A stretch of DNA of 64,000 bases from Candidatus Poribacteria bacterium (GCA_963665845.2 OY762492.1:2624001-2688000), one strand, 5' to 3'. Counted from the stretch's first letter, positions 38,179 through 48,194 are shown. Numbers and translations: made by a program. Notes: generated by a model from the letters alone, not told the origin.

Positions 38179-39369
38179 TTAAGGCTCCTGCTCCCGCTTC
38201 AGCCGATACAACGGAGACATCTGCCGCTGCTCTTCGATCTTCTCGGTCAACATATCGGCGACAGCGGCGGCGTCTTCCATCGTGTTTCCGCGCCCTAACC
38301 CGAACCGTATCGCCGACCTTGCCAACCGCTCTTCGATGCCCATCGCCCGAAGCGCGTAGGAGGCGTCCAGCGATTTTGATGTACACGCCGAGCCGGAGGA
38401 GAGCGCGGCGCCGCGCATGCTCAACAGTACCGCCTCGCTTTGGACATACTCGAAGCTGACGTTCAGGTTGCCGTAGAGACGCTGCGTCGGGTGTCCGTTC
38501 AGGCGGACAAAGTCGATCTGGTTGAAGATGCGATCGCGCAGGTCGTTTCGGATCGCTTCGATGCGCGGCGCCTCTTCAGCGCGCAGCTCATGGCTCCGCT
38601 GCGCCGCCGTTCCAAAGCCGACGATGGCGGGAACGTTCAGGGTGCCGGAGCGGTAACCGCGCTCCTGCCCTCCGCCGTCCACCAGCGGAACGAAACGAAT
38701 GCGCGGGCGCCGCTTCCGCAGATAAAGCGCGCCGACCCCCTTCGGTCCATAGATTTTATGCCCCGATATGGACATCAGATCGACATTCAGCGTGTCCACA
38801 TCGCTGTCATATTTCCCGAACGCTTGAACCCCGTCGGTATGAAATAGAGCGCCCGCCTCCCGCGCGATGCGTTCGATTTCGGCGATCGGGTTGATCGTGC
38901 CGTATTCGTTGTGCGCCCAGACAACCGAGACGAGAGCCGTTTTGTCGTTCACGGCGCGCTTCGCGTCGTCAGGGTCGACCATGCCGTGTTGGTCAACATC
39001 CAGATAGACGACCTCAAAGCCCTCTTTTTCAAGCGCCTGACATGCCTCTAGGACGGAGTGATGCTCAACCTTTGTCGTAACGACGCGGTTTTTGCCGCGC
39101 TCTTTGTAGGCGCGGGCGACGCCCTTGACCGCCATGTTGTTCGATTCGGTCGCGCCGCCGGTGAATAAAACCTCGTCCGGTCGGCAGTTGAGAACGTCCG
39201 CGATCTGCCCGCGCGCCTGCTCAACCCCCTCTTCAGCCGCCCATCCCCATTGGTGCGTTCGGCTGGACGGGTTGCCGAATTCGCTGGTGAGAAACGGCGT
39301 CATCGCCTCCAGCGCCGCCGGGTCAAGCGGCGTCGTCGCGTGGTGGTCCATGTAGACGGGTCTGTCCAT
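38179..39369 (-). CDS. iscS: Cysteine desulfurase (IscS/NifS group I)
   Basis: Motifs YMDHHATTP, FGNPSS, GGATESNN, SGHKIYGPKG, GGGQERGYRSGT and SSGSACTS. Confidence 0.95.
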   Translation of the reverse strand: MDRPVYMDHHATTPLDPAALEAMTPFLTSEFGNPSSRTHQWGWAAEEGVEQARGQIADVLNCRPDEVLFTGGATESNNMAVKGVARAYKERGKNRVVTTKVEHHSVLEACQALEKEGFEVVYLDVDQHGMVDPDDAKRAVNDKTALVSVVWAHNEYGTINPIAEIERIAREAGALFHTDGVQAFGKYDSDVDTLNVDLMSISGHKIYGPKGVGALYLRKRRPRIRFVPLVDGGGQERGYRSGTLNVPAIVGFGTAAQRSHELRAEEAPRIEAIRNDLRDRIFNQIDFVRLNGHPTQRLYGNLNVSFEYVQSEAVLLSMRGAALSSGSACTSKSLDASYALRAMGIEERLARSAIRFGLGRGNTMEDAAAVADMLTEKIEEQRQMSPLYRLKREQEP

Positions 39370-39444
39370 CGTCGGCTCCCGCTGTTTCGACGCATGATAC
39401 ACGGAATGGGCTTGACAATGCAAGCGTCGGCCCAATTTATACGT

Positions 39445-40275
39445 ATGCCGAAAAATATAAAAAGCCCGCTGCGCTACCCAGGCGGCAAGTCAAGAGCGCT
39501 CAAGCAGATCCTTCCGCTGATACCCGCCAATATCGCGGAATACCGCGAGCCGTTTGTCGGCGGCGGCTCCGTTTTCTTTGCTGTCCGCAGCCTGTTCAAA
39601 AATAGCGTCCGCTACAAGATCAACGACCTGAACTACGACCTGTACTGCTTCTGGAAACAGACGCGCGACAACGCCGACCAGCTTGTCCAAGCGCTGCTCA
39701 AAACGCATGCCGAGTCAACCGACGGACGCGCGCTCTTTGAAAGGCTGTCGCAGGCGAAAGACGAACTGAGCCAAAACCGAAACGCCCTCGGCGAATTTGA
39801 GCGCGCTGTCCGCTACTTCATCCTGAACCGCATCACTTTTTCCGGCGTCGTCGACTCCGGCGGATATTCGCAGTCCGCCTTTGAGAGCCGCTTCACCCGT
39901 TCCTCCATTGAGCGCGTTCAGAAGATCGCGCCGCATCTGAACGGCGTTCAGATCGACAACGAAGATTATGAAAACGCGCTCCATGAGGGCGGCGAGGGAG
40001 CGTTTCTTTTTCTAGACCCGCCTTACTGGAAGGCTACGGCGTCCAAGCTGTACGGGGCGCGCGGCTCTCTCCACACCGCCTTTGACCATGCCCGCTTTGC
40101 CGACAACATGCGCCGCTGCAGGCACCGCTGGCTCATCACCTACGACGATTCGTTCGTCATTCGCCGCCTTTTCAAGTTTGCGCGCATCCGCGAGTGGACG
40201 CTCCAATACGGCATGAACAACTACCGCCAAGGAGCCGCCGCCAAGGGACGCGAGCTGTTCATCTCCAATTACTAA
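39445..40275 (+). CDS. Dam-family (D12 class, alpha) N6-adenine DNA methyltransferase
   Basis: MPKNIKSPLRYPGGKS, motif I EPFVGGGSV, motif IV LDPPY, and ELFISNY. Confidence 0.9.
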   Translation: MPKNIKSPLRYPGGKSRALKQILPLIPANIAEYREPFVGGGSVFFAVRSLFKNSVRYKINDLNYDLYCFWKQTRDNADQLVQALLKTHAESTDGRALFERLSQAKDELSQNRNALGEFERAVRYFILNRITFSGVVDSGGYSQSAFESRFTRSSIERVQKIAPHLNGVQIDNEDYENALHEGGEGAFLFLDPPYWKATASKLYGARGSLHTAFDHARFADNMRRCRHRWLITYDDSFVIRRLFKFARIREWTLQYGMNNYRQGAAAKGRELFISNY

Positions 40276-40284
40276 CCCCGCCGT

Positions 40285-41655
40285 TCAGAGCGACAGGACA
40301 AACGCGACGAGAGCCGCCCTGTCGTTATGCGTCATCGTCTTAAACATTTCGCGGGCGGCTTCTGCTTCTCCGCCATGCCACAGAATCGCCTCCTCTATGG
40401 AGCGGGCGCGTCCGTCATGCAGCAGGTTCGTATGCCCGTTCACGACGGCGCTGAGCCCGATTCCCCATAGCGGCGGCGTGCGCCATTCGTTGCCGTCGGC
40501 GGCGTAGTCGGGCCTGCCGTCCGCCAGTTCGGGACCCATGTCATGCAGCAGCATGTCGGTGTAAGGATAGATTGTTTGGTTGGAGACTTCGGGGACATCC
40601 GCCAAGACGCCTGTTCTCAATTCGGGAACATGGCAGGAGGAGCATTGCGCCTCCGTAAACAGCCGTTCCCCGCGTCGAACCTGCGGGTCGTTCACATTGC
40701 GGCGCGCCGGGACCGCCAGCGTCTGTATATAAAAGGTCACGGCGTCCAAAATCTCGTCGCTAATCTCCGGATCGTCCATCCGGTCGTCCGATTGGAGCTG
40801 TCCGTAAGACGACTCGCGCGGGAAAAGCGAGGTGGTGACGCCCATGTCGTCATGGTACGCCGCCGCCGTCTGCTGCCGCAGCGAGGGCTGATTCGCCTTC
40901 CATCCGAATCGTCCGAGCGCAAACCGCCCCGTCTCGACATCGGTCACATAATTGGGCTTGCCTGAAATGCCGTCTCCGTCCGCGTCATGCTCGTCGGCGA
41001 GGCTCAAGATATACTCTTCAGAGACCGCCTCAAGCAGCCCCAGACCGAAGACGGGGCGCGGCATCCGCAGGGAGGTCAGCGTTTCCGCCGGCAGCGGCGT
41101 GTAGGCGTCCTGAATGTCAGGTTCCGGGACGCGCAGCTCGTAGGAGCGTCCGTCCGCGGTTTTGACGACGACGATGCGGTAATGGACGGCGACGGTCGCT
41201 TCCGGCTCCGAGTTGATGATCGCGCGGTCGTTCAGCTGTCCGCCGTAGCCGGGTACGGGCGTCGGCGCGCCGCCGTTCGACATGTCGTCGGGCAGGCTAA
41301 GGCGTATGAGCGCGGAGCCGAGCGGCCCGCCCTGCATCGGAGCGGGGGCGCGCCCGTCCCGCGGATGGCAAAACACGCATGAAGCGCTGTTGAAAAGAGG
41401 TCCCAGACCGCTGTTCACCTCGGCGGGAGCCGTCACAAACACCGCTTCAAATTGCGCGTCTCCCTCCAGATGCAGATCAAGACCTTCTTCATCAAGATTC
41501 GGCGCCGGCATGGAATAGGCATGGCTGGAGGCGTCGAACACGGTCGTATCTCCGCCGGCAAGCGGAATCTCCATGTCCATGTCGGTGTCGTCTCCGCAGC
41601 CCGCCAGCAAAGCCGCTATCCCGATCAGCGCTCCGATGCGCGTTATTGCTCTCAT
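40285..41655 (-). CDS. Di-haem oxidoreductase (DHOR)-family lipoprotein
   Basis: Lipobox LLAGC, two CxxCH motifs (CVFCH, CSSCH), and GLGPLFN, GRFGWKA, WRTPPLWGIG and LHDGRAR. Confidence 0.9.
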   Translation of the reverse strand: MRAITRIGALIGIAALLAGCGDDTDMDMEIPLAGGDTTVFDASSHAYSMPAPNLDEEGLDLHLEGDAQFEAVFVTAPAEVNSGLGPLFNSASCVFCHPRDGRAPAPMQGGPLGSALIRLSLPDDMSNGGAPTPVPGYGGQLNDRAIINSEPEATVAVHYRIVVVKTADGRSYELRVPEPDIQDAYTPLPAETLTSLRMPRPVFGLGLLEAVSEEYILSLADEHDADGDGISGKPNYVTDVETGRFALGRFGWKANQPSLRQQTAAAYHDDMGVTTSLFPRESSYGQLQSDDRMDDPEISDEILDAVTFYIQTLAVPARRNVNDPQVRRGERLFTEAQCSSCHVPELRTGVLADVPEVSNQTIYPYTDMLLHDMGPELADGRPDYAADGNEWRTPPLWGIGLSAVVNGHTNLLHDGRARSIEEAILWHGGEAEAAREMFKTMTHNDRAALVAFVLSL

Positions 41656-41664
41656 GGTTTCTCC

Positions 41665-42756
41665 TTACTGGATGTCGGCGGCATCAATCAATGGAACGAC
41701 GTCGCTTTCGAGCGTCGTTTGAACGACCCGCACCGCGTCGATCGCCGCCTCTACATCCGGGCGCGCGTTTGTAATCGCGTCGCGGAACGGCGGAGGTATC
41801 GCGCCGATTGCGGCGATGGCCGCCTCAATCTCGCCTTTGAGCCGAGTATCCAGCGCTGAGTCCTGCCCAGCGACAAATTCGGTCAAACCCATGCCCGTCG
41901 TCCCTTGGTATCTGCCAAGATAAGCGTTCTGGATGCCGCGAATGTTGTTCTGAAAATCGGCGATGGAGTTGAAGCTGAACTGCGATTCGACCAGCGTCGT
42001 ATCCTCTTCGTTGTACGGGTCGGAGATTTTGCCGTTCGCCACCTCGTCGGCGATCGTGATCATTCCGTTGACGATCTCTTGAACAGCCGCCTTTTTGGAG
42101 ACGTATATTTGGCTTGACACGCCTGCGTTCACAAAATCGCCCAGAAAGTTGCCGCCGTCCGAACTCCACGCGGCATAGAGCGCCGACGTGTCGCCTTTCA
42201 AACTTTCGGTCACCGCCGTCAGATACTCGATCTCACGGGTCGTCAGGTCGGACGCCTTTTTCTGGCTTCCGACGCCAAACAGCAGGTATTCGATGGTGTG
42301 GAACCCTTTCAGCGTCTCTTCCAGCGAGTCGACCGTCTCTTTCGTGAGCGTTTGATTGCTCGCCAAGACGGCGTCCAGATCGACGCGGTTGACGGGCCAG
42401 CTGTCCAGTTTCGGATCGATGCCGAGCGTGTCGACAGGACCGAAGAGCCACGCCTCGCTCTGCTCCCACGGGATGCGCGTCGCTGTCCATGCGTCCTGCG
42501 CGTCGGTCAGGTTCGCGTCGCTGACGTCGCTTTCGAGATTCAGAACGGCGGAGAGCAGGACGCTCGCCGCCTCGTCCAGATCAGCGTAGGTTGCGAGAAC
42601 GATCTTATTGGCGTAGTCGTTTATCAAGACCGTCGCGTCGAACCCTTCGATCGGGTCAACATCGTCTTCGCCGCAGCCGACTGCGAGCGTCAAGAGCGGC
42701 AGACAGACGGCAAGCGCCGCCAGACGTGTGAAGATACTCGTTGCGTTTTTGGTCAT
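41665..42756 (-). CDS. Imelysin/IrpA-like iron-regulated lipoprotein
   Basis: Lipobox AVGC and motifs WEQSEAWLFGP, DSWP, GFHTIEYLLF (GxHxxE) and VESQFS. Confidence 0.88.
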   Translation of the reverse strand: MTKNATSIFTRLAALAVCLPLLTLAVGCGEDDVDPIEGFDATVLINDYANKIVLATYADLDEAASVLLSAVLNLESDVSDANLTDAQDAWTATRIPWEQSEAWLFGPVDTLGIDPKLDSWPVNRVDLDAVLASNQTLTKETVDSLEETLKGFHTIEYLLFGVGSQKKASDLTTREIEYLTAVTESLKGDTSALYAAWSSDGGNFLGDFVNAGVSSQIYVSKKAAVQEIVNGMITIADEVANGKISDPYNEEDTTLVESQFSFNSIADFQNNIRGIQNAYLGRYQGTTGMGLTEFVAGQDSALDTRLKGEIEAAIAAIGAIPPPFRDAITNARPDVEAAIDAVRVVQTTLESDVVPLIDAADIQ

Positions 42757-42808
42757 GGTTTTCCTTTCGCGTTTTATTGACAGCCCATGCGGGCTGGTTG
42801 ATTTAGGT

Positions 42809-44029
42809 TCACAGGACGAACCCAAAGCCGAAGCTGAATGTGTCCTCTTTCTTGAGCGTGTCGGAGCCTAAGCGGCGCCAGGTGTAATGCGTTTTGAAGA
42901 TCAGCTGCGACGCGGGCGCGAAGTTGAGCCCGAGCGTCAACGCTTGCCGATCCCAGCGCGGATTGTCGAAGGCGCCGTCGGGGACGCGGAACATCGTGTC
43001 GTAACCCTCAACCTGCCCAAAGAGAATCAGCTCCTTGTTGAAGCCGCCGATGAGCGTTCCGATGTCATATCCGCCTTCGATGCGCCATCCGAGGGCGGCG
43101 CTGCCGACAGGCGTTCGTTTCACGTTCAGTTTGTTGGACAGGTTGCGGTTGAGGCGGGAGATTTCGCCTGCGTTTTGGAGCGCGCCGTAAAGCAGAAGCC
43201 CACGCGCCCTCACCGGCCCGCTTTCATAAACGGCATGCAGGTCGGCGATGAACACATGCGCGTCCAGATCGGTGTCCGGCTTGGGGCGGTTGTCCGCCGT
43301 ATCGCTCCAGTAGACGGACGCCCCGAAATGCGAGTCGGACATCGGATGCCCGTAGTCGAGTCGGGCGGCGAGGGCGATGTTGTCCGCATTGACCGTCTCA
43401 AAACGGGTCTGATGTCCGCGCGCGACCCATGAGGCGGAGCTGAAGCCTGTTGAATCGAGTCCTGTTATGGCGAGAACATGGTAAAAAAGCGGTCCGGCAT
43501 TGCCGACAGCGCCGACGCCCGTTTCATGCCATACGACGGGGATGATGCTGCTTTCCGACTCCGACGGCTCGACGGTGAACGACTGCATCGGCGTGTGCCG
43601 AAGCGTTTGAAGCCCCATCGGGACGAGGAGATGTCCAAACTGAATGTCCAGGTTGGGATGGACGGAGGCGGTCAAGATCAGTTCTTCGATCAGCACCTCT
43701 CCGCCGACCTCCACCTCTTGTTCAAATTCGCCGAACTCTTCGAGCCGGTCGAATTCCATTGTGGAGCCTGTGCCGCCATGTTCGATTTCGACCTCCACTT
43801 CGAGCTGGATATTTTTTGTGAGGTCCGACCAGAATTCGACGACCAGTTTGTTCAGGTCGACAGCGGCTCTTCGTTCGGGTTCCCAGTCCCAGTTGAAGTT
43901 GGAGTAGTGCATGTTGCCTCTGGCTCCGAAGACGGTCTTGCTTTCTTGCGCGGAAGCTGTTGCGCCGGTCAACGCTGTCAGAGCTGCGCATAAGAACGCG
44001 CAGGCAAGCGTATTGATATTTAGTCTCAT
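42809..44029 (-). CDS. Outer-membrane porin-like protein of an imelysin/DHOR iron-uptake cluster
   Basis: Signal peptide, EVEIEHGGTGS, IIPVVWHETG, and C-terminal FSFGFGFVL. First gene of the operon. Confidence 0.8.
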   Translation of the reverse strand: MRLNINTLACAFLCAALTALTGATASAQESKTVFGARGNMHYSNFNWDWEPERRAAVDLNKLVVEFWSDLTKNIQLEVEVEIEHGGTGSTMEFDRLEEFGEFEQEVEVGGEVLIEELILTASVHPNLDIQFGHLLVPMGLQTLRHTPMQSFTVEPSESESSIIPVVWHETGVGAVGNAGPLFYHVLAITGLDSTGFSSASWVARGHQTRFETVNADNIALAARLDYGHPMSDSHFGASVYWSDTADNRPKPDTDLDAHVFIADLHAVYESGPVRARGLLLYGALQNAGEISRLNRNLSNKLNVKRTPVGSAALGWRIEGGYDIGTLIGGFNKELILFGQVEGYDTMFRVPDGAFDNPRWDRQALTLGLNFAPASQLIFKTHYTWRRLGSDTLKKEDTFSFGFGFVL

Positions 44030-44030
44030 T
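44012..44030. promoter_or_regulatory. Fur-box-like operator overlapping the porin start codon
   Basis: ATTGATATTTAGTCTCATT is 17/19 identical to the upstream box and fits the 7-1-7 TGATAAT-N-ATTATCA pattern. Confidence 0.6.
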
Positions 44031-44130
44031 TACATTATACTCCTTTGAAAAACCCATATATGCGGTTTGCCATCCGATTGAACGCATTGATTCTGCTTAT
44101 CCATTCGCCGATGCGTCCGCCTTTATAGAT

Positions 44131-44149
44131 ATTGATATTCAATCTCATT
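44131..44149. promoter_or_regulatory. Fur-box-like operator
   Basis: ATTGATATTCAATCTCATT contains TGATATT-C-AATCTCA, a 7-1-7 inverted repeat upstream of iron-uptake genes. Confidence 0.7.
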
Positions 44150-44181
44150 TATCTCGCCTTATTACCCAACCCTTTTCTAAA

Positions 44182-44210
44182 ACCTTAGCCGAACCCATCC
44201 CGCCTGTCAA
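44182..44210 (-). promoter_or_regulatory. Sigma70-type promoter of the iron-uptake operon
   Basis: Minus strand reads TTGACA-N17-TAAGGT with an upstream A-tract. Confidence 0.7.
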
Positions 44211-44220
44211 ATGTTTTTGA

Positions 44221-44342
44221 TGAGCTTATCCTTAAAGTAGGGACCTTCAGCCTGACAAACGCGGACGGTTTCTGCCGGGACTTGGATTCCCGCGCGCTTT
44301 ACCGGGGCTGGAATATTGTCCTTACTCAAGGGACAAGATCGG
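44221..44342. mobile_element. Degenerate MITE-like copy
   Basis: TAAAGTAGGGAC ... ACGCGGACGGTTTCTG ... GATTCCCGC..GGAAT ... TGTCCTTACT resembles decayed TIRs and core. Confidence 0.45.
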
Positions 44343-47300
44343 TTATTTTAAAACGACCATGCGCCGCATCGCTGTGAATGAACCCGCCTCAATGCGGGCG
44401 TAATAAATCCCGCTGGCGGCAGGTTCGCCTAAGGCGTTCCGCCCGTCCCAATGAGCCGCCTTCGATCGGCTGCGGTAGGTTCCCGCCGGCAACTGCCCAA
44501 GTTCTAACGCGCGAACCGTCTGACCCGCCGCGTTGTAGATCGTCAACTTCACGCGCGACGCTTCCGCCAACTCAAACGGGATCCATGTCTCTGGGTTGAA
44601 CGGGTTGGGGTAATTCGGCAGGAGAACCGTTTTGGACGGTATCTCGGTCATGAGAAGCCTGCCGAAGTCGACCGCGCCGCGCGCGATGTCTTGTTGAGTA
44701 AGCGCATAGCGGACGCTCTGAACGCCGCCGAACGCGCCTGCCGGGTCTGCAACGCGCAATTCAAACAGATCGCCGACCGCATAGCCGTCGCCGAAAAGGT
44801 CTAAAAAGACGACCGAAAAACGCCCGTCTTCAGACGACGCGCCTGCCGCGGCGGTCAAGGTCTGACCAGTCCGCAGATGCGTTACGGACGCCGCAATCCC
44901 GTTGAGCGGAGCCAACCCGTCCTCTAGCGAAAGGAGGCCCGACGCGGCCAGCGCCGAAACGGAGGCAGTATCCCGCTGCGAAACGGACGCCGCCGCGGCC
45001 GTTGCCGCCGCGGCGTCGTTCGTCCATGCTTCGCCGTCGAAGGTCAAGACGGTTGCCTCGCTGGCTATGAGGATATACCCTTTGCCGCCAACCAGAGGCT
45101 CGTTCAATACCGACCCGACCGCATGCTTGAATTTGCCGTCCTTTTCAAGAAAGCATGTCGTCGCCGCCGCGTCCATGCTCATCAAGTCGCCCACTGTGGC
45201 GACCGATCCGCTGCGCGGAACCCCGATGAGATTGACGCCTTGGCGCAGGGGTACCTGCGTCGGCAGAAGCCCGCCTGTGAACGTTACCGATTTTGCCGAC
45301 AGCATAATCGCCAGAACAGCCCCCGAATCGCGCAGGGGGGGTCCTGTTCCAGCTCCAAAATACGCCGCGAATTGGCCGTCCGCCGTCTGAACGACAAGGG
45401 CGCCGACCGCCTCTGAACCGCCCAGTTTTTTGTACAGATCCTCCGCGTTTTCAAGTTCGGGATCGTTCACAGGCGCATGAATCATGTTCAAGCCGGCGTT
45501 TAGGCGGAGCGTGAACGACGCGTCGGGAATGAGCGCCAAGACCGCGTAGGAAGCCGCATCGTTGGGGTTTCCGTCGGCGTCTTGCGCGGCGCCGACGGGA
45601 ACGGTCACAACGACGGGGCCGGTTGCCGCCGGCGCAATGACCGCCGTATAGTTGACGCCGGAGCCTTCGAGGCTTACCGCTTCGCCGTTGGTCGCTTCAA
45701 TGTCGGACGCTTCAAAGCCTGTGACGGTTTTGCTGAAGGAGATTGCCGCTTCAAAGGAACCTGTAACGATGCCTTCCGGACCCGTTATCAATGTCGATGG
45801 GGCAACGATACTGACGCCGCGCGGCCAGATGCGTATCGTGTCGTCCTGGCTGGCGCTGGCGAGCCTGGAGCCGTCGGGAGAATACGCGACCGATGTGACG
45901 CTTCCCGTATGCCCGGTGAGCGTTTCGATATGCGCGCCCGTTTGCGCGTCCCAGATGCGAATCGTGTCGTCGCGGCTGGCGCTGGCAATCCTGGAGCCGT
46001 CCGGCGAATAAACGGCGGATAGGACGCTTCCGGTATGCCCGGTGAGCGTCTGCAGCGTTTCGCCCGTGTTGGGGTTCCAGATGCGGATCGCGGCGTCCTG
46101 GCTTCCGCTGACGAGCCTGGAGCTGTCCGGAGAAAACGCCGCTGAATAGACAGAGTTTGTATGTCCCGTGAGCGTTTGGAGAAGCTCGCCTGTCCCGGCG
46201 TTCCAGATGCGTATCGTGTCGTCGTCGCTGCCGCTGGCGAGCATGGTTCCGTCCGGCGAATACGCTACTGATCGGACATAATCGGTATGCCCCGTGAGCG
46301 TTTGGAGAAGCTCGCCTGTATCGGCGTTCCAGACGCGGATTGTGTCGTCCCGACTGGAGCTGGCGATCCTGGAGCCGTCCGGCGAGTAGGCGGCAGACCT
46401 GACCGTATCCGTATGTCCAGTGAGCGTTTGGAGAATTTCGCCCGTCTCGGCGTTCCAGACGCGGATCGTGTCGTCGGCGCCGGCGCTGGCAATCCTGGAG
46501 CCGTCCGGCGAGTACGTTACAGAAATGACAGAGCCTGTATGTCCAGCGAGCGTCTGCAGCGTTTCGCCTGTGCTGGGGTTCCATATGCGTATTGTGTCAT
46601 CGTCGCTGGCGCTGGCGAGCGAGGCGCCGTCCGGCGAATACGCCGCCGACCAGACATTGCCGGTATGCCCGCTTAAAATCTGCGAGCTTACGGCGGAAGG
46701 CTCATAGACGACGGAAAATTCGTTGGAGGCTTGGTTGGCGCCCGCCGCGTTGGCGGGGACGCTTACGCGCACCGTCCCTGCGCGGGTCGGCGCAATGGTC
46801 GCCGTATAGGTTTTGCCGCTGCCGGTAAGTTTCGTCACGGAGCCGTTGGTCGCTTCAATATCGGACGCTTCAAAGCCCGCGACCTCCGCGCTGAATGCGA
46901 TCGTCACATTGAACAGACCCGCCTGGACGCCGGTCGGGCCGGAGACGGTTACGGAGGGCGGTTCATAGACGACGGAGAACTTGTTGGAGGCTTCTTTGTT
47001 GCCCGCCGCGTTGGCGGGAACGCTTACGCTCACCGTCCCGGGTAGGATCGGCGCAATGGTCGCCGTGTAGGTTTTGCCGCTGCCGGTAAGTTTCGTCACG
47101 GCTCCGTTTGTTGTTTCAAGATCGGACGCATCAAAGCCTGTGACATCCTCGCTGAAGGCGATCGTCACATTGAAAGGTCCTCCCTGAGCGCTGGTCGGTC
47201 CGGAGATGGTCACAGAGAGCGGGGCAAGATCGCTGACATTCCAGATTCGAACCGCTCTATCGACGCTTCCGCTGGCGACGTTCCGTCCGTCCGGCGAATA

Positions 47301-48194
47301 GGCGACCGAATAGACATCATCCGTATGTCCCTGGAGCGTTCGGAGATGCGCGCCTGTGTCGGCGTCCCAGATGCGAACCGTGTTGTCGGCGCCGCCGCTG
47401 ACGAGTCTTGTCCTGTCGGGCGAATAGGCGACCGATTTGACTTCGTCCGTATGTCCTTGGAGCGTTCGGATGCGGGAGCCTGTATTCGCGTCCCAGATAA
47501 TGATCGTTCCGTTGTCGTTGTCGTCGTCGCTTCCGCCTCCGCTAGCAATTTTCTTTCCGTCCGGCGAATACGTTACAGAATAAACATCATCCGTATGTCC
47601 CTGGAGCGTTCGGAGAAGCGTGTACGTATCAGTGTTCCAGATGCGAACCGCGTTGCCGCTTCCGCTGACGAGTCTTGTCCCGTCGGGCGAATAGGCAACC
47701 GATTCGACGTCGCTCGTACCTTGGAGCGTTCGGATGCGGTCGCCTGTTGCGGCGTTCCAGATACGGATCGTTCCGTTGTCGCTTCCGCTGACGATCCTTG
47801 ACCCGTTTCGCGAATAGGCGACCGAATTGACATCATTCGCGCTGAGCATGTGGAGAAACGCGCCCGTGTCGGCGTTCCAGATGCGAACCGTGTTGTCGTC
47901 CCCGCCGCTGACGAGTCTTGTCCCGTCGGGCGAATAGGCAACCGATTCGACGCCGTCCGTATGTCCTCGGAGCGTTCGGATGCGGTCGCCTGTTTTGACG
48001 TCCCATATGAGGATCGTTCCATCGTCGCTGGCGCTGGCGATTTTAGTCCCGTCTGGAGAATACGCGACCGAATACACTTCGCCCGTGTGACCTGTCAGCG
48101 TTTTAAGGGTTTGCGCTTGGCTGTTATGCGCCAGAAAAGCGGCGGCAACAGCAAAGCAAAAGGCTGTGGAAAAAGCGGAAGTAAGGCGTTTCAT
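44343..48194 (-). CDS. Secreted protein: two 7-blade WD40 propellers, three bacterial Ig-like domains and a C-terminal FlgD-Ig/T9SS-like sorting domain
   Basis: RBS GGAGG and signal peptide (MKRLTSAF...SQA). 14 GH..V.SVAYSPDG..IW repeats in two blocks of 7, Ig-like F.VTIAFSE.V.GF.ASD repeats, and LLPNYPNPFNPETWIPF...GIYYARI. Confidence 0.9.
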   Translation of the reverse strand: MKRLTSAFSTAFCFAVAAAFLAHNSQAQTLKTLTGHTGEVYSVAYSPDGTKIASASDDGTILIWDVKTGDRIRTLRGHTDGVESVAYSPDGTRLVSGGDDNTVRIWNADTGAFLHMLSANDVNSVAYSRNGSRIVSGSDNGTIRIWNAATGDRIRTLQGTSDVESVAYSPDGTRLVSGSGNAVRIWNTDTYTLLRTLQGHTDDVYSVTYSPDGKKIASGGGSDDDNDNGTIIIWDANTGSRIRTLQGHTDEVKSVAYSPDRTRLVSGGADNTVRIWDADTGAHLRTLQGHTDDVYSVAYSPDGRNVASGSVDRAVRIWNVSDLAPLSVTISGPTSAQGGPFNVTIAFSEDVTGFDASDLETTNGAVTKLTGSGKTYTATIAPILPGTVSVSVPANAAGNKEASNKFSVVYEPPSVTVSGPTGVQAGLFNVTIAFSAEVAGFEASDIEATNGSVTKLTGSGKTYTATIAPTRAGTVRVSVPANAAGANQASNEFSVVYEPSAVSSQILSGHTGNVWSAAYSPDGASLASASDDDTIRIWNPSTGETLQTLAGHTGSVISVTYSPDGSRIASAGADDTIRVWNAETGEILQTLTGHTDTVRSAAYSPDGSRIASSSRDDTIRVWNADTGELLQTLTGHTDYVRSVAYSPDGTMLASGSDDDTIRIWNAGTGELLQTLTGHTNSVYSAAFSPDSSRLVSGSQDAAIRIWNPNTGETLQTLTGHTGSVLSAVYSPDGSRIASASRDDTIRIWDAQTGAHIETLTGHTGSVTSVAYSPDGSRLASASQDDTIRIWPRGVSIVAPSTLITGPEGIVTGSFEAAISFSKTVTGFEASDIEATNGEAVSLEGSGVNYTAVIAPAATGPVVVTVPVGAAQDADGNPNDAASYAVLALIPDASFTLRLNAGLNMIHAPVNDPELENAEDLYKKLGGSEAVGALVVQTADGQFAAYFGAGTGPPLRDSGAVLAIMLSAKSVTFTGGLLPTQVPLRQGVNLIGVPRSGSVATVGDLMSMDAAATTCFLEKDGKFKHAVGSVLNEPLVGGKGYILIASEATVLTFDGEAWTNDAAAATAAAASVSQRDTASVSALAASGLLSLEDGLAPLNGIAASVTHLRTGQTLTAAAGASSEDGRFSVVFLDLFGDGYAVGDLFELRVADPAGAFGGVQSVRYALTQQDIARGAVDFGRLLMTEIPSKTVLLPNYPNPFNPETWIPFELAEASRVKLTIYNAAGQTVRALELGQLPAGTYRSRSKAAHWDGRNALGEPAASGIYYARIEAGSFTAMRRMVVLK

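Noticed and set aside
44343-48194. Diversity-generating retroelement acting on the WD40 repeats
   Set aside because: No reverse transcriptase and no template/variable repeat pair with adenine-specific differences were seen.
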